Part shown: positions 24,201 through 28,628 of the stretch, in pieces
How the letters are laid out: each line of letters begins with the position of its first letter
Position numbering within the stretch: position 1 is the first letter of the stretch
From: an uncultured archaeon
GTDB taxonomy: Archaea; Thermoplasmatota; Penumbrarchaeia; CAZSUE01
Direction of reading: 5' to 3'
Assembly (NCBI GenBank): GCA_964609045.1
Contig: CAZSUE010000001.1
Span: 7,450-36,361, forward strand
DNA: 28,912 bases
Made by a program: the position numbers and the translations under genes
Notes under the pieces: generated by a model
The model's input: the letters and a program-made list of their open reading frames with translations, nothing else
Databases searched by the model: none
What the model was told of the DNA's origin: nothing

Positions 24201-26794
24201 AGGATCGTATCCTCCGCGACGAAGAGGGCGTTCCCCTCCGCATCGGTGGTTGCCGTTGCATACGGATAGACCTCTTGCGGAGTGCCTTGAGTATAGTTAA
24301 AGACCGATACGGTGGCGTTCTCGATTACAAATCCGTTGGCGTCCACCACATGCACCGCGAGCCACCAGGCCCGGGTGAGGTTCGCGCTATCGCTGAGCGT
24401 CGCCGTTACCATGTCACCTTGGAGCGTGGTCGTATTGATGAAGAGTGCGTCGGTGGCCCCTTCCAGTTGGAACGACGGGTCGACGCTGGTATTGATCATG
24501 CGGAACGGATCGGTGCCCGCGACCCGTATGGCGTTGCTGGATGCGATATCGAGGCGCGTATCGTTGATATAGATCGCCTCGGAGCCGCTGTCGCGGTCCA
24601 GTGTGAGTTTCCCGAGGGTGAGATCGCTGTTGTCGATGGCGACGAGATCGACATCCAGCATCGCCCGCGGACTCGTGACCGTCGCGTTCGCGATGCGTAT
24701 CGCGCTGCCGGTACTGTCGATGAGGTTCACCGCGCCGGTGAGGTTCGTGTTCTCGAGCGCGATCGTCGCACCGTTCCTCCCGGCGAGCGTCCCGAGGTTC
24801 AATTCTGAGCCCTGGGTGATGAACCGTCCGCCGTCGAGGACATAGAGATTGAGCGGGTAGTTGCTCGAGAGGGTGCACCCGTCGAGGGTAAGCTGGCCGT
24901 CATTTCGGACGAGGATATAGAAATGCTGCGTCGCGCTCTGTTGGACGAAGAACGAATCGGCGCTGATGGTGAGGTCGCCTTCGACGATCAAATTGCCCGA
25001 AAGGATCTGGCTCTCCGTATAGGTCTTACTTTGCGTAGGGCCGATGTAGATATCGGTACCGCTGGTGTAGTATGGCGGCCCCGGCGGCGCGAGGTAGGTC
25101 CCCAGCGTGACATTCTTGGTCTCCACGCCGGTTTGGAAATTGGGGTATGGATCGAATGAGATACTGGGCAGCGGCTTCGTATAGTAAGTGTCGGCGCCCA
25201 CTTCCAGGCTCGCGTTCAATTGGTAGTTCACCGTGGTATAACTATTGGGATAGCTCGAGGCGTCGATGCGGTCGGTCTTCATGGGGAGCCGTACGCGACC
25301 GTTCTTATCGGTGACATTGAAATCGGTCTCATCGCGGCCGAGATGATCGAGCACCCAGGCGGGCGGGATGTCGCTTATTGCGGTGGTGTTCGAATAATAA
25401 TAGCGATCGACGGTGGCGTTCCCGATGGGGACCGAGGCCGCATCTGAGACAAAGACATCGAGCCAGCGATAGATATTGACCGCGGAATCGTTCTCATTAT
25501 CCCCAAACGAGAACGGCGGTTCTTTCAAAAACGGGTTCGACGGGGTCTGGTCAGTGTCGATGGTGATATTGTAGAGGTTCGCCACGGAGCCGTTGATAAG
25601 ACGGATCGTATTCTTGAGCGCGCTCTCCTCCAGCGGCTTGAAATCGATCATGATCGCGCTGTCGATGGCCGTGAAGGTCGAGTTGTCGAGGTTGATGTCG
25701 CGGCTCGTGGTGAGTACGCCGATCCAGACATAATCGAACGAGACATTGTTCCCCGCAGGATCGTTATTGGTGAAGGTCACATTGAGCGTCGCGATATCGG
25801 CGGCGGTGGTGATCCCTTCGTCGTAGAGATTGCAGCTGAGCTGGGCCTCGCCCGTCGTGGCGGTGGGAACACCGAGCGTGCCGTTGATGTCCCCATCTTC
25901 CGTGGAGAAATTGACCGCGCCGGTGCCGACATACCCCGACTCGGTACGATATTGCGCGAGGAGGACGATATCGAAGAACGGCTCTTGCACGCCGGCGAGA
26001 TCGAACCCGTCGAGCCACATCGTCTGGTTGGACTCCACGGTATAAGATATCTCGTCGTCGTAATAGAGCATCGGCTCTGAACCGGTGGCGTTGTCTTCGG
26101 CGTCGTTGATCTCGTCGACCAAGAGCTTGGCGTCCCATTCTTCCGCGGCGGCGTTCTCGTAGAGGTCGAGGAACTCGGACTCGATGGAGGTTATATTACT
26201 GTTCTTAAAGATCATGACCGGCGCATCGTCGTTATCGTCCGGCGTGGGATAGCCGTCGGGCGGTGTGAGCCCCTTGAAGGTCGAGTTGCGGAGGGTCAGC
26301 GTCGCGTTGGTGGTGGTGAAAGTGCCGGGGAACTGGAATGTCGAGTCCTCGATCTCGCTGTGGTTGGCCTCCGAATCGGCGATCTCGAAAAAGAGCTTCA
26401 GATACGGTTTGGAGAGGTCTGTCGCCGTGGTGACCGTCGCATTATCGAACTCGATCTTCCCGCCGTCGATGACACGGAACGCATATTCGTGGTTGTCGTC
26501 GTGGGTGTATGGATCGCCGTCCGGGCCGGAATCCTGCAAAAAGATGATCGAGGCATTGCGTACGATAAGTACGCCGCCGTTAGTCACCGTGATATTGCCT
26601 CGTTGCCGAAATGTCGTGTCCTCGATCACCATTGTTTCGCCGTCGACGAGCACGGGGCCCGTGTTCGAACGCACCCCCGAAGCCTCCACTTCGGGTTTGA
26701 GAAATGCGAACTGTCCAAAGAGTGAAGACATCAATACGCCAATAATGAAGATCGAAACCGCTTTCGTGCGCCAATCAAACCGATCGAGTTGCAT
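9266..26794 (-). CDS. Giant (about 5842 aa) single-pass cell-surface glycoprotein/adhesin: beta-helix, carboxypeptidase-regulatory-like Ig and CARDB repeats, TM helix, cytoplasmic zinc-ribbon/acidic tail
   Basis: One uninterrupted 17.5-kb ORF. Start at ATG 26794 with SD GGAGAGGT 6 nt upstream. Signal peptide MQLDRFDWRTKAVSIFIIGVLMSSLFGQFAFLKPEVEA. Twenty PDL...D...I.E..E.NN CARDB-like repeats and nine (W/R)WL.V...D.N...GNY units. TM AFPWAIIIIFIVIGIVGAAIFFIY (about 10203-10272). Five CxxC-x10-CxxC ribbons. Confidence 0.93.
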   Translation of the reverse strand: MQLDRFDWRTKAVSIFIIGVLMSSLFGQFAFLKPEVEASGVRSNTGPVLVDGETMVIEDTTFRQRGNITVTNGGVLIVRNASIIFLQDSGPDGDPYTHDDNHEYAFRVIDGGKIEFDNATVTTATDLSKPYLKLFFEIADSEANHSEIEDSTFQFPGTFTTTNATLTLRNSTFKGLTPPDGYPTPDDNDDAPVMIFKNSNITSIESEFLDLYENAAAEEWDAKLLVDEINDAEDNATGSEPMLYYDDEISYTVESNQTMWLDGFDLAGVQEPFFDIVLLAQYRTESGYVGTGAVNFSTEDGDINGTLGVPTATTGEAQLSCNLYDEGITTAADIATLNVTFTNNDPAGNNVSFDYVWIGVLTTSRDINLDNSTFTAIDSAIMIDFKPLEESALKNTIRLINGSVANLYNITIDTDQTPSNPFLKEPPFSFGDNENDSAVNIYRWLDVFVSDAASVPIGNATVDRYYYSNTTAISDIPPAWVLDHLGRDETDFNVTDKNGRVRLPMKTDRIDASSYPNSYTTVNYQLNASLEVGADTYYTKPLPSISFDPYPNFQTGVETKNVTLGTYLAPPGPPYYTSGTDIYIGPTQSKTYTESQILSGNLIVEGDLTISADSFFVQQSATQHFYILVRNDGQLTLDGCTLSSNYPLNLYVLDGGRFITQGSELNLGTLAGRNGATIALENTNLTGAVNLIDSTGSAIRIANATVTSPRAMLDVDLVAIDNSDLTLGKLTLDRDSGSEAIYINDTRLDIASSNAIRVAGTDPFRMINTSVDPSFQLEGATDALFINTTTLQGDMVTATLSDSANLTRAWWLAVHVVDANGFVIENATVSVFNYTQGTPQEVYPYATATTDAEGNALFVAEDTILTAENELFVGNYFVNASYLFEGVYYNHSGRSVIVSDENNQLQLQYADLVPDLTAAITNVSGMLIPDQSLTVNATVYNNGSYGVDDILVGLLVDGTEVANTTIAHIEAHDSTTVLLAWTPTANGSYNVTVIVDPLDAIAEDDETNNTAEQFITIAARPDIYASMMTIESDHPLAGEEVTIDVAVNNSGVEELEGVTVTLLDGSTEIGNQSVTVPASGGTLVPFSWTAAAPGEHQLTVTVDALDIIAESNELNNTLEGAMIVYTATGDDYIAEDDTPDIGSDFQISGNLFVNGSFAIANGTLTIDQSPAHRYKIQINSTGDLTLSDMVLQSQTGRPLDLYIEAGGTLIVERSTLDLNLIHASGATAVVIRNSTLTLANDMVLAASSVQIVNSSLDADNYEFAAAQFETDNVQLIGDSFLFDPATTIDTLTVVESEFSIASPVTNEIEVLSGSFVNSTPDLPFTFKGESEVARLNTTMVYTLAGNAVMNTSWWLSVTAVDANAHPVGGAMVDLYRYNAANEQWQRVTTQPTDADGVTVFSAQSYYETVSTSYFMGNYRINASDGAARSNVLYPVVTTGNVARTLQFGGLQPDLSLPDGVEVEVDLPVTGAPVTVNATIENDGAVAAYDVAVRFLVDGARTNTTTIAELDAGATTVVSFLWTPDAIGDYNLTVTVDVNDTIVEMDETNNTEWIIYTVNAYPDLFPTTITLSHDHPEGGRTVTVDAVVRNAGMVDLTGVYATLFDNGVEAATQSFDLDGGTETTLSFDWIAENPGEHTLNVSIDPMDMITETNEANNSITSELIVYSANGDDLITDDTTAPIESDFYLSGNLYVNDTFIVRNGTLTIDQSPANRYKIQVNASGHLVVENAAIVSDTGRPLDLYVESGGNITFESADLTLNIFHAARADTILMNDSAVESATALVLGNGTLAIANSTLDADELHFGATDVTILSSVIDADTVAVLEDASYDTMVIAETVIQSVDTSALLFDQDTVLIQNATLSQPITVGGATDVTVLDSSTGAITVNDDAEVHLEWWLAVTARDANALPIEGATVSLYRYRNATQTWVLVDDEETDATGTALFSVQSYRITAENTYFVGNYRVNATYLTEQSDLVSAVVVDANLVRNLTFAALKPDLEVSTIVVSDELPIVGPTFTVEATVLNTGEVAADTIAARLTVDGTEIESTTITILGANDSTTVAFNWTPAATGTYNLTVEVDWDDHIDESNETNNTAWVEYTIQHYPDLAVSDLSLSSDHPLGGEEVAVEVRVENHGAVDLTNVTVALYDNGVEVANMSQDIVANGDSTLSFTWTADDPGEHTLSVVVDPDNAFTETVETNNTIIAAAIVYSTTGDDLITTATTADIDDDFYLSGNLFVNDTFTISNGSFTVDQTPNNRYKIQVNGSGHLVFDSAVLVSEGGLPLDLYLEKGAELTLIDTHATLNLVHGAQADAITIDGSQLDVEGALAIGNDTITITDSTLSASTIDLGAPSITIANSTLAGDHIGILDAATLDQLLIDESTIDAANANALTLDLTTMQIRNSTLNQPLQFEGATNATIVDSATGAVTVNDSAVVAIKWWLTVTTVDANDAPVPGATVALYQYKNATASWEMVDDAATDIDGMVRFCVQSHRITAAKRLAVGNYRINATLDGNATATSPVVVTDSNLDATLQFTNLLPDLGVQSIALSPVNVTVSNEAVITVVVENAGWTSAWDFTVALLIDGEQYDQTTVSQLDSADNVTLQWTWVPNATGIRMISVVVSSTMDEVTLVNNSMAQTITVYETPDLEVVALNATAAATGITEPLFVGDTVTIAFEVENTKAAAVNGCVIVLMADGETEQSWLVDLDGMETRAFSYEWTAGSYGAHEITVHINPEATINETAFDNNMQQLDVQIFSVSSEDIVVADGHTAQIGADFIQSGNIIVRGTLEVDDSALEILQEGVADYCIWVDGGIMTLSDSSLSSDEALAVFVHDGGELLIDGTSFTVTSMSAQSTTSLTIRNDSHIIADTIDVDARTLSVTDAVIDAETITLDRSDDADTITIENLTCAPASTTGLTFTNAEITLVNATLELDIALDSSSTLNITSSSRSSGQQIAIAIADENSVARRYWWLTVTVIDANAAAVAGANVTVTKIERGLVDALYANATTGAEGWVRFATIGTVINHTGSFFIGNYKVNATIDTLVSDTRDISMRYTDKEVQLTLDALIPDLAVMSENITLSPDQPSVANPVSIEVQVDNLGSTAAREVLVEFYHDTVLIGSKRVNISAMGNAVVNMSWTPDEAMAQTVWVMVNPGEEIIESSYANNDASAAVTVVPSPDLLISALQPSSMHTFVDDTLDVTVELTNDGLCPVLDIDVELYLDGALEATTQQSFAAGETVSWIPALVFTSAGDHILEVRIDTTDRYVEANEENNTRSETIGAYSHSTSDLVVPDGEVESITTDVVLSGNVIVRGTLYINDSALDIRQSASQRYLIWIDGGELVTDNAALDSNLDLSLYLENGGRIRLEDSIAALSLFVADTGTTVEIHGTVATIDTMRLDATTITIRYSEFDSVEYALDASADADEIHLEETIIESEETATLVFEGAELNLTNCSIGQALMLDGGSSANITNTVVALSIADSGSHAREYWWLTVATVDANALSVEGASVTVWNYSTARPSVFSNDSYGVTDSDGAALFRVLSAVVDSDGTAFVGNYRVTARYYGESSSVQFVTVEEGNRATTLNFSGMAPDLEVLADDIQLSTVQPSLSQSINVSFMIRNRGAAAAENAMIELYDDDELIESWMVDLDAGTQSDEFFVQLRSGTLGQHTILVAINAERTVTEIDYTNNNATVVYSVVMNPDLRVESLSLSMPPAHVFVGDTVTVAGELVNDGQINLTTVAIVVNDGEVEAGRAEYDLDAGTTQPFSFQWTVARAGRHSIVLTVDPNGTVTESNESNNEHRTVFNAFSTDGLDIVVPAGDTKTIRTDRIVSGNILVEGTLVVRDASITMDQDQSHRYFIQVSGAGEIRFEDSTLESAEPLYCYAYDTSFVQVVRSTLELTALVGRDSASVTVESATINGQVDWQAGTGASVTIAGQSEISSTNALHLVAPSVEVDGATLTGSAITFDTDADTETVSLNDLILDTPGGTLVFDNTSLIAKNTSFAPALVLRGATTADCTNCLDMGGEQLDVTVYDTAVYRTYWWLTVTVQDGNGMAVAGATVRVYSFDEADPTDETLYRTKTTTVSGDILFELPSSVQESVREWFVGNYRIEAESSGLVNESVAVMDDENQAQVIVLRDLVPDLAIQPSQIVLSNDRPMVDNTVEVTATVVNEGNIVAEDISVVLLVDDVEVDDTVVASLSVGVSTEVAFTWTPSSTGDHLLMVRLDPADDIVELDEEDNTRQRTVEVVARPDLSIGSIAVSTDHPLENEPVTVTAEVVNTGGSDLSDIAVELVDHHEGSAITVTTLTIATLAANSTETVQYVWTAMNAGMHRLELVLDPNDDFAEGDELNNARSVLVTVFSTSGLDIVVRHNAPTMTIESNRIHTGNLIVHGHLILKDGTFQMQQQSDHRYYILVDGDGVLEIANEVLTSNAELTIYLYDNASLEVSDSQLDVQRIVMADNAMLALRSNTDLNGAISFANASAAPATRDATPQVQIVDSTVQTDDPILLDASSILIQRSTVMAGSIVLDQTDDRDTIEFDEATLSASDGAVLKFNNTVLEMTNSTLNQPLELDGNTTACGTDTLRPTGETPALTITDTRSSFTTYWWLTVHTEDPNEILIAGANVSVYNYSMRTSSWRLYTNGLTDDEGEALFRVAGSIVTRDRNWFVGNYRLVANYDFQGAMYSSEVGYCIANENVDTTLQFTTLLPDFIPVPGSLQFDPIDAPEIVVGYENRIEVTVRNVGGSDATDIMVQFYDDDEPFDQTTIETLRAGASSTASVIWTPQNAGNHTIRVVVDDTNAILENNENNNSLEYVQYVFPRVDLNPISLTFSDNDPVIGDVIDISAQIMNDGMINVSNVNIVIYDSTTLVHEERVDLDYGETVTITAENWSLDYSGEHPFRVVVDPPYINHENGDILERNEQNNEHTATLAARTKANLLINPMDISLSSDSVVRGETVYIELFIQNEGEDDARRFNVTLYDVVGEEQTQIASWNITLAAMGDRELAVNWEPAVEGRHFIRVVLDENDVIAEGNEEDNTAQRPVNVKTRADLRVDASAPKTVREGTSITIVAEVFNEGETDAELIDVVFFLAGETDVQLNVSTIDELEGADLEHGLIDSTVVSIDWTAPQIGTYTFRVQVNKYGLTNESNYQNNNDTVEVEVFTRMDVKMSDISFDTAKRTDTNYTAVHNEVTIMITVQNVGIDAIGAFRLSVTDDGTTIANFSSAENGRITDQLPLAVNNKVTFPVPWTPTTIGTHMIAAVVDSADRFGELNESNNDLADTIEVLPLPDLVLVDQSFNYSVTGEPVEMNATVEEETNMTINLTLRNDWLRPLPAVNLTIWDDNRTIVSQFVSIGVGQRLNLSFYWIVPSIGGRHNISVTLDPRNELREANETNNEFVLNITVKIKPKALIFDSFNAPSEATNGEPYIVSGEVRFDNGDPVQTLTVTVGFLGNTRQQTVSVQNGNFQIQFIPGVDEATYTNPVDRYLIFEVENEEYNLDWQPEDKIKVSIRGEEKTEGAAFPWAIIIIFIVIGIVGAAIFFIYRSREAKGAECSECGTAIDIAATKCPKCGAEFGEEVECGECHAVIPISAEVCPECGAKFGPLSVLEVGITEELPTMESELEGAEELEPIRAPSLEEEEPVEEEELGEEEEPLGYEEEPFPEEAEFECPECGEPLSADDRVCPNCGIEFEQVAEEEEFAEYGGEEFEDLEDVETFEAPPEAEEYPAEEFGEAEEYTPMEEEMVECFECGELIPLTASVCPSCGAVLEEEFIDEDMGEYEGYEDDFDEGDFEDVDVDTEYAEPEPYGEEEPEVYADEKEPEIYADEEELVECFECGALIPLSATTCPQCGAEFE
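9354..9407 (-). repeat. In-frame 27-bp tandem duplication in the acidic tail (EPEVYADEK/EPEIYADEE)
   Basis: TCGTCCGCATAGATCTCCGGCTCTTTT (9354-9380) followed by TCGTCCGCGTAGACCTCCGGCTCTTCC (9381-9407). Confidence 0.85.
13004..24367 (-). repeat. Intragenic supra-module repeat with a period of about 1.55-1.69 kb
   Basis: WW codons of the WWL.V motif at about 24362, 22733, 21110, 19490, 17903, 16349, 14696 and 13004. A 26-bp identical block AGAGGTTGCCGCTGAGATAGAAATCG occurs at 20101 and 21721, with a near copy at 23341. Confidence 0.9.
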
Positions 26795-26800
26795 GGTATT

Positions 26801-26808
26801 ACCTCTCC
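26801..26808 (-). promoter_or_regulatory. Shine-Dalgarno site of the giant surface-protein gene
   Basis: Minus strand GGAGAGGT followed by 6 nt and ATG 26794. Confidence 0.6.
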
Positions 26809-26835
26809 GTGCAGACCAAGAATGTTTATTGTATG

Positions 26836-26848
26836 ATATATATTTCCA
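26836..26848 (-). promoter_or_regulatory. Candidate TATA promoter of the giant surface-protein gene
   Basis: Minus strand GGAAATATATAT in an AT-rich island about 42-50 nt upstream of the start. Confidence 0.5.
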
Positions 26849-27053
26849 CAGTAGTACCTCTGAGATTCCCAATGCTTCGACACGCTCTCGACTCGCCATG
26901 ACATGCGCTATCGATCGCGGCTCTCTCACGATCGAAATGCACGCTTCCATGCGCTCGTCTCAAGGGGCAAATGAAGGGGGCAGATCACGCGTGGAAAAGA
27001 TAGAAGCAAAGCCCTAAATTAGCTTCCTCAAGAGTTCTTGGTTGTTATATTGG

Positions 27054-27068
27054 CGAGAATATTTAAAT
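27054..27068 (+). promoter_or_regulatory. Candidate BRE/TATA promoter of the rightward unit
   Basis: CGAGAAT-ATTTAAAT within an AT-rich stretch at about 27040-27095. It implies a leader of about 110 nt before ATG 27206. Confidence 0.45.
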
Positions 27069-27205
27069 CTAACCATGTAATAACATTGAAAAATGCGCAC
27101 CATCGAGGCTGTGCATGATAATTGTCCAACCAGTGGGCGGAAGGCGGGAGCGTGCATCCACCAGAGACTTCTAGTCACCGCCACCTTTCCTTAGTAGGTG
27201 TTACT

Positions 27206-27631
27206 ATGCCTATGGATCTGAACCTCATCGTCGAACACCTCACGCAAGAGAAGAATGTACTGCTCGTCGAAGCTGAAAAAATGGAGCATAGCTCGAAGAT
27301 GTTGCGCCGCGAGGCGAAACTGATGCAAGACGAAGCACGACGGTTGCGTAGCGAGGCGCAAGATATCAATGCCGAAGCTGACTCGATGCGCACCCGTGCG
27401 GTGAAGATCGACGAGGAGATCGAAAAGTTGCGCGATTACTGTGAATGGATGTCACCGGACGATACCGTGTGCGAAGAGACCTTCGGGCCACGAAAGGACA
27501 GCGACGCGACCGATGCGACCGATGCGAAGGTCGACCGAAGTGCACCGAAGCGTGCGAAACGCAAATCGGTCAAACGGAAACGGAAACCGGTAGGGAAACG
27601 ATCGGCGAGGAAAAAGCGGGAGCAAGATTGA
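27206..27631 (+). CDS. Hypothetical coiled-coil protein with a Lys/Arg-rich C-terminal tail (141 aa)
   Basis: SD-like AGGTG 5 nt before ATG 27206 (ATG 27212 is an alternative). Heptads EAEKMEH/SSKMLRR/EAKLMQD/EARRLRS/EAQDINA/EADSMRT. Tail PKRAKRKSVKRKRKPVGKRSARKKR. No family recognised. Confidence 0.7.
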   Translation: MPMDLNLIVEHLTQEKNVLLVEAEKMEHSSKMLRREAKLMQDEARRLRSEAQDINAEADSMRTRAVKIDEEIEKLRDYCEWMSPDDTVCEETFGPRKDSDATDATDAKVDRSAPKRAKRKSVKRKRKPVGKRSARKKREQD

Positions 27632-27656
27632 GGGGTGGGTTGCGTATTGAACAATG

Positions 27657-27676
27657 GGATCGGATCGGATCGGATC
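27657..27676. repeat. (GGATC)4 pentanucleotide tandem repeat
   Basis: GGATC GGATC GGATC GGATC begins 25 nt after the stop of the coiled-coil gene. Confidence 0.9.
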
Positions 27677-27792
27677 GTTGTCGGACGGACGAACATAGGA
27701 AGGAGACGCAATAAGGAAAACCCATGCCAAAGATCGGGAATAGAGCATGCATGAAGCAAAGAAGAAAGTAATGAACTGACAAATGAAGGAGA

Positions 27793-28227
27793 ATGACAAA
27801 TATGGTTATGAAAGGGGCACGGAACAAACCAGCGGGTATCCTCGCGATCATCGGCGGGGCGTTGATCTTTTTAGGGGGCGGTATTGGCATCGTGAACCTC
27901 CTCAGCACCGCACAGAACTATGTCGAGCAATGGTTCCCCGGCAACGATCAACTGCAGCTCATGTTCAAGATCCTCATTACCATCGCCTCGCTGGGTGGGA
28001 TCGCCGTCATCATCGGCGGTATCTTCATCTTCAAGAACCACGCCTTTATCGGGAAGATCCTCATCTTTCTCGGCGCGGGCATGGGCCTCTTCGGACTATT
28101 GATCGGGATGGGCGTGGCATGGAGCAACGGCGCGCCGCCGACCGAATATTTCGCCGAGTTCACCTCGAACCTTCTCGGTATCGGCATCGTGCTCGCGATC
28201 ATCGGCAACCTGCTGGCAAAACGTTGA
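27793..28227 (+). CDS. Small Gly-rich integral membrane protein (about 140 aa, about 4 TM helices), function unknown
   Basis: Hydrophobic segments AGILAIIGGALIFLGGGIG, ILITIASLGGIAVIIGGIFIF, ILIFLGAGMGLFGLLIGMGVAW and LLGIGIVLAIIGNLL. AAGGAG at 27786 fits ATG 27802 or 27808 better than 27793. Confidence 0.75.
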   Translation: MTNMVMKGARNKPAGILAIIGGALIFLGGGIGIVNLLSTAQNYVEQWFPGNDQLQLMFKILITIASLGGIAVIIGGIFIFKNHAFIGKILIFLGAGMGLFGLLIGMGVAWSNGAPPTEYFAEFTSNLLGIGIVLAIIGNLLAKR

Positions 28228-28275
28228 CGCCGAATGCGGTAACGGTCTATTCCGACACAGAGGAGGCGTGGCCCC

Positions 28276-28569
28276 ATCGCCAGGCTCAAGATCACGGTGG
28301 AGAGGATCGAGGGAAAGTGCGCAGTGTACGATGGCGGTGAGCAGCTCGTGATCGACGGCGCAAAGATCGATCTCGAGCGCACCGACAGGATCTGTGTGCA
28401 CGCACTTGCGCCACTGCTCCATTATGTCGTCGCACTCCGCGACGGCGTTTCACCAACCGCACTGGGTCTTGCATGCGAGGGCGACACCGCCTATGTCGCA
28501 TGCGTCGATCCAGGACCTCCGTATACCAACGGCGGCCGCGTTATCTTCAAGATGGAGCGCATCGAATAG
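28276..28569 (+). CDS. TIGR04076-like small Cys protein (about 97 aa), apparent ATC start
   Basis: ARLKITVERIEGKC...ICVHAL...YVACVDPG...VIFKMERIE resembles the TIGR04076 pattern. The in-frame stop at 28240 leaves no upstream ATG. AGGAGG at 28261-28266 is spaced for ATC 28276. The ORF track starts at the internal GTG 28297. Confidence 0.65.
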   Translation: MARLKITVERIEGKCAVYDGGEQLVIDGAKIDLERTDRICVHALAPLLHYVVALRDGVSPTALGLACEGDTAYVACVDPGPPYTNGGRVIFKMERIE

Positions 28570-28628
28570 ACCGGCATGGAGATGCAGGCCGCTGCCGTAT
28601 CGAAGAACACAGTAGGGATCGTGAGCCG

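Noticed and set aside
27090-27205. Riboswitch or known ncRNA in the roughly 110-nt leader of the coiled-coil gene
   Set aside because: Only weak, bulged complementarity (GGAAGGCGG versus CCGCCACCTTTCC) and no recognisable aptamer, SRP or RNase P motif. An Rfam search would be needed to support it.
27783-28340. 185-aa alternative-frame ORF overlapping the membrane-protein gene
   Set aside because: Arg/His-rich off-frame product. The 27793 frame gives a coherent multi-TM protein.
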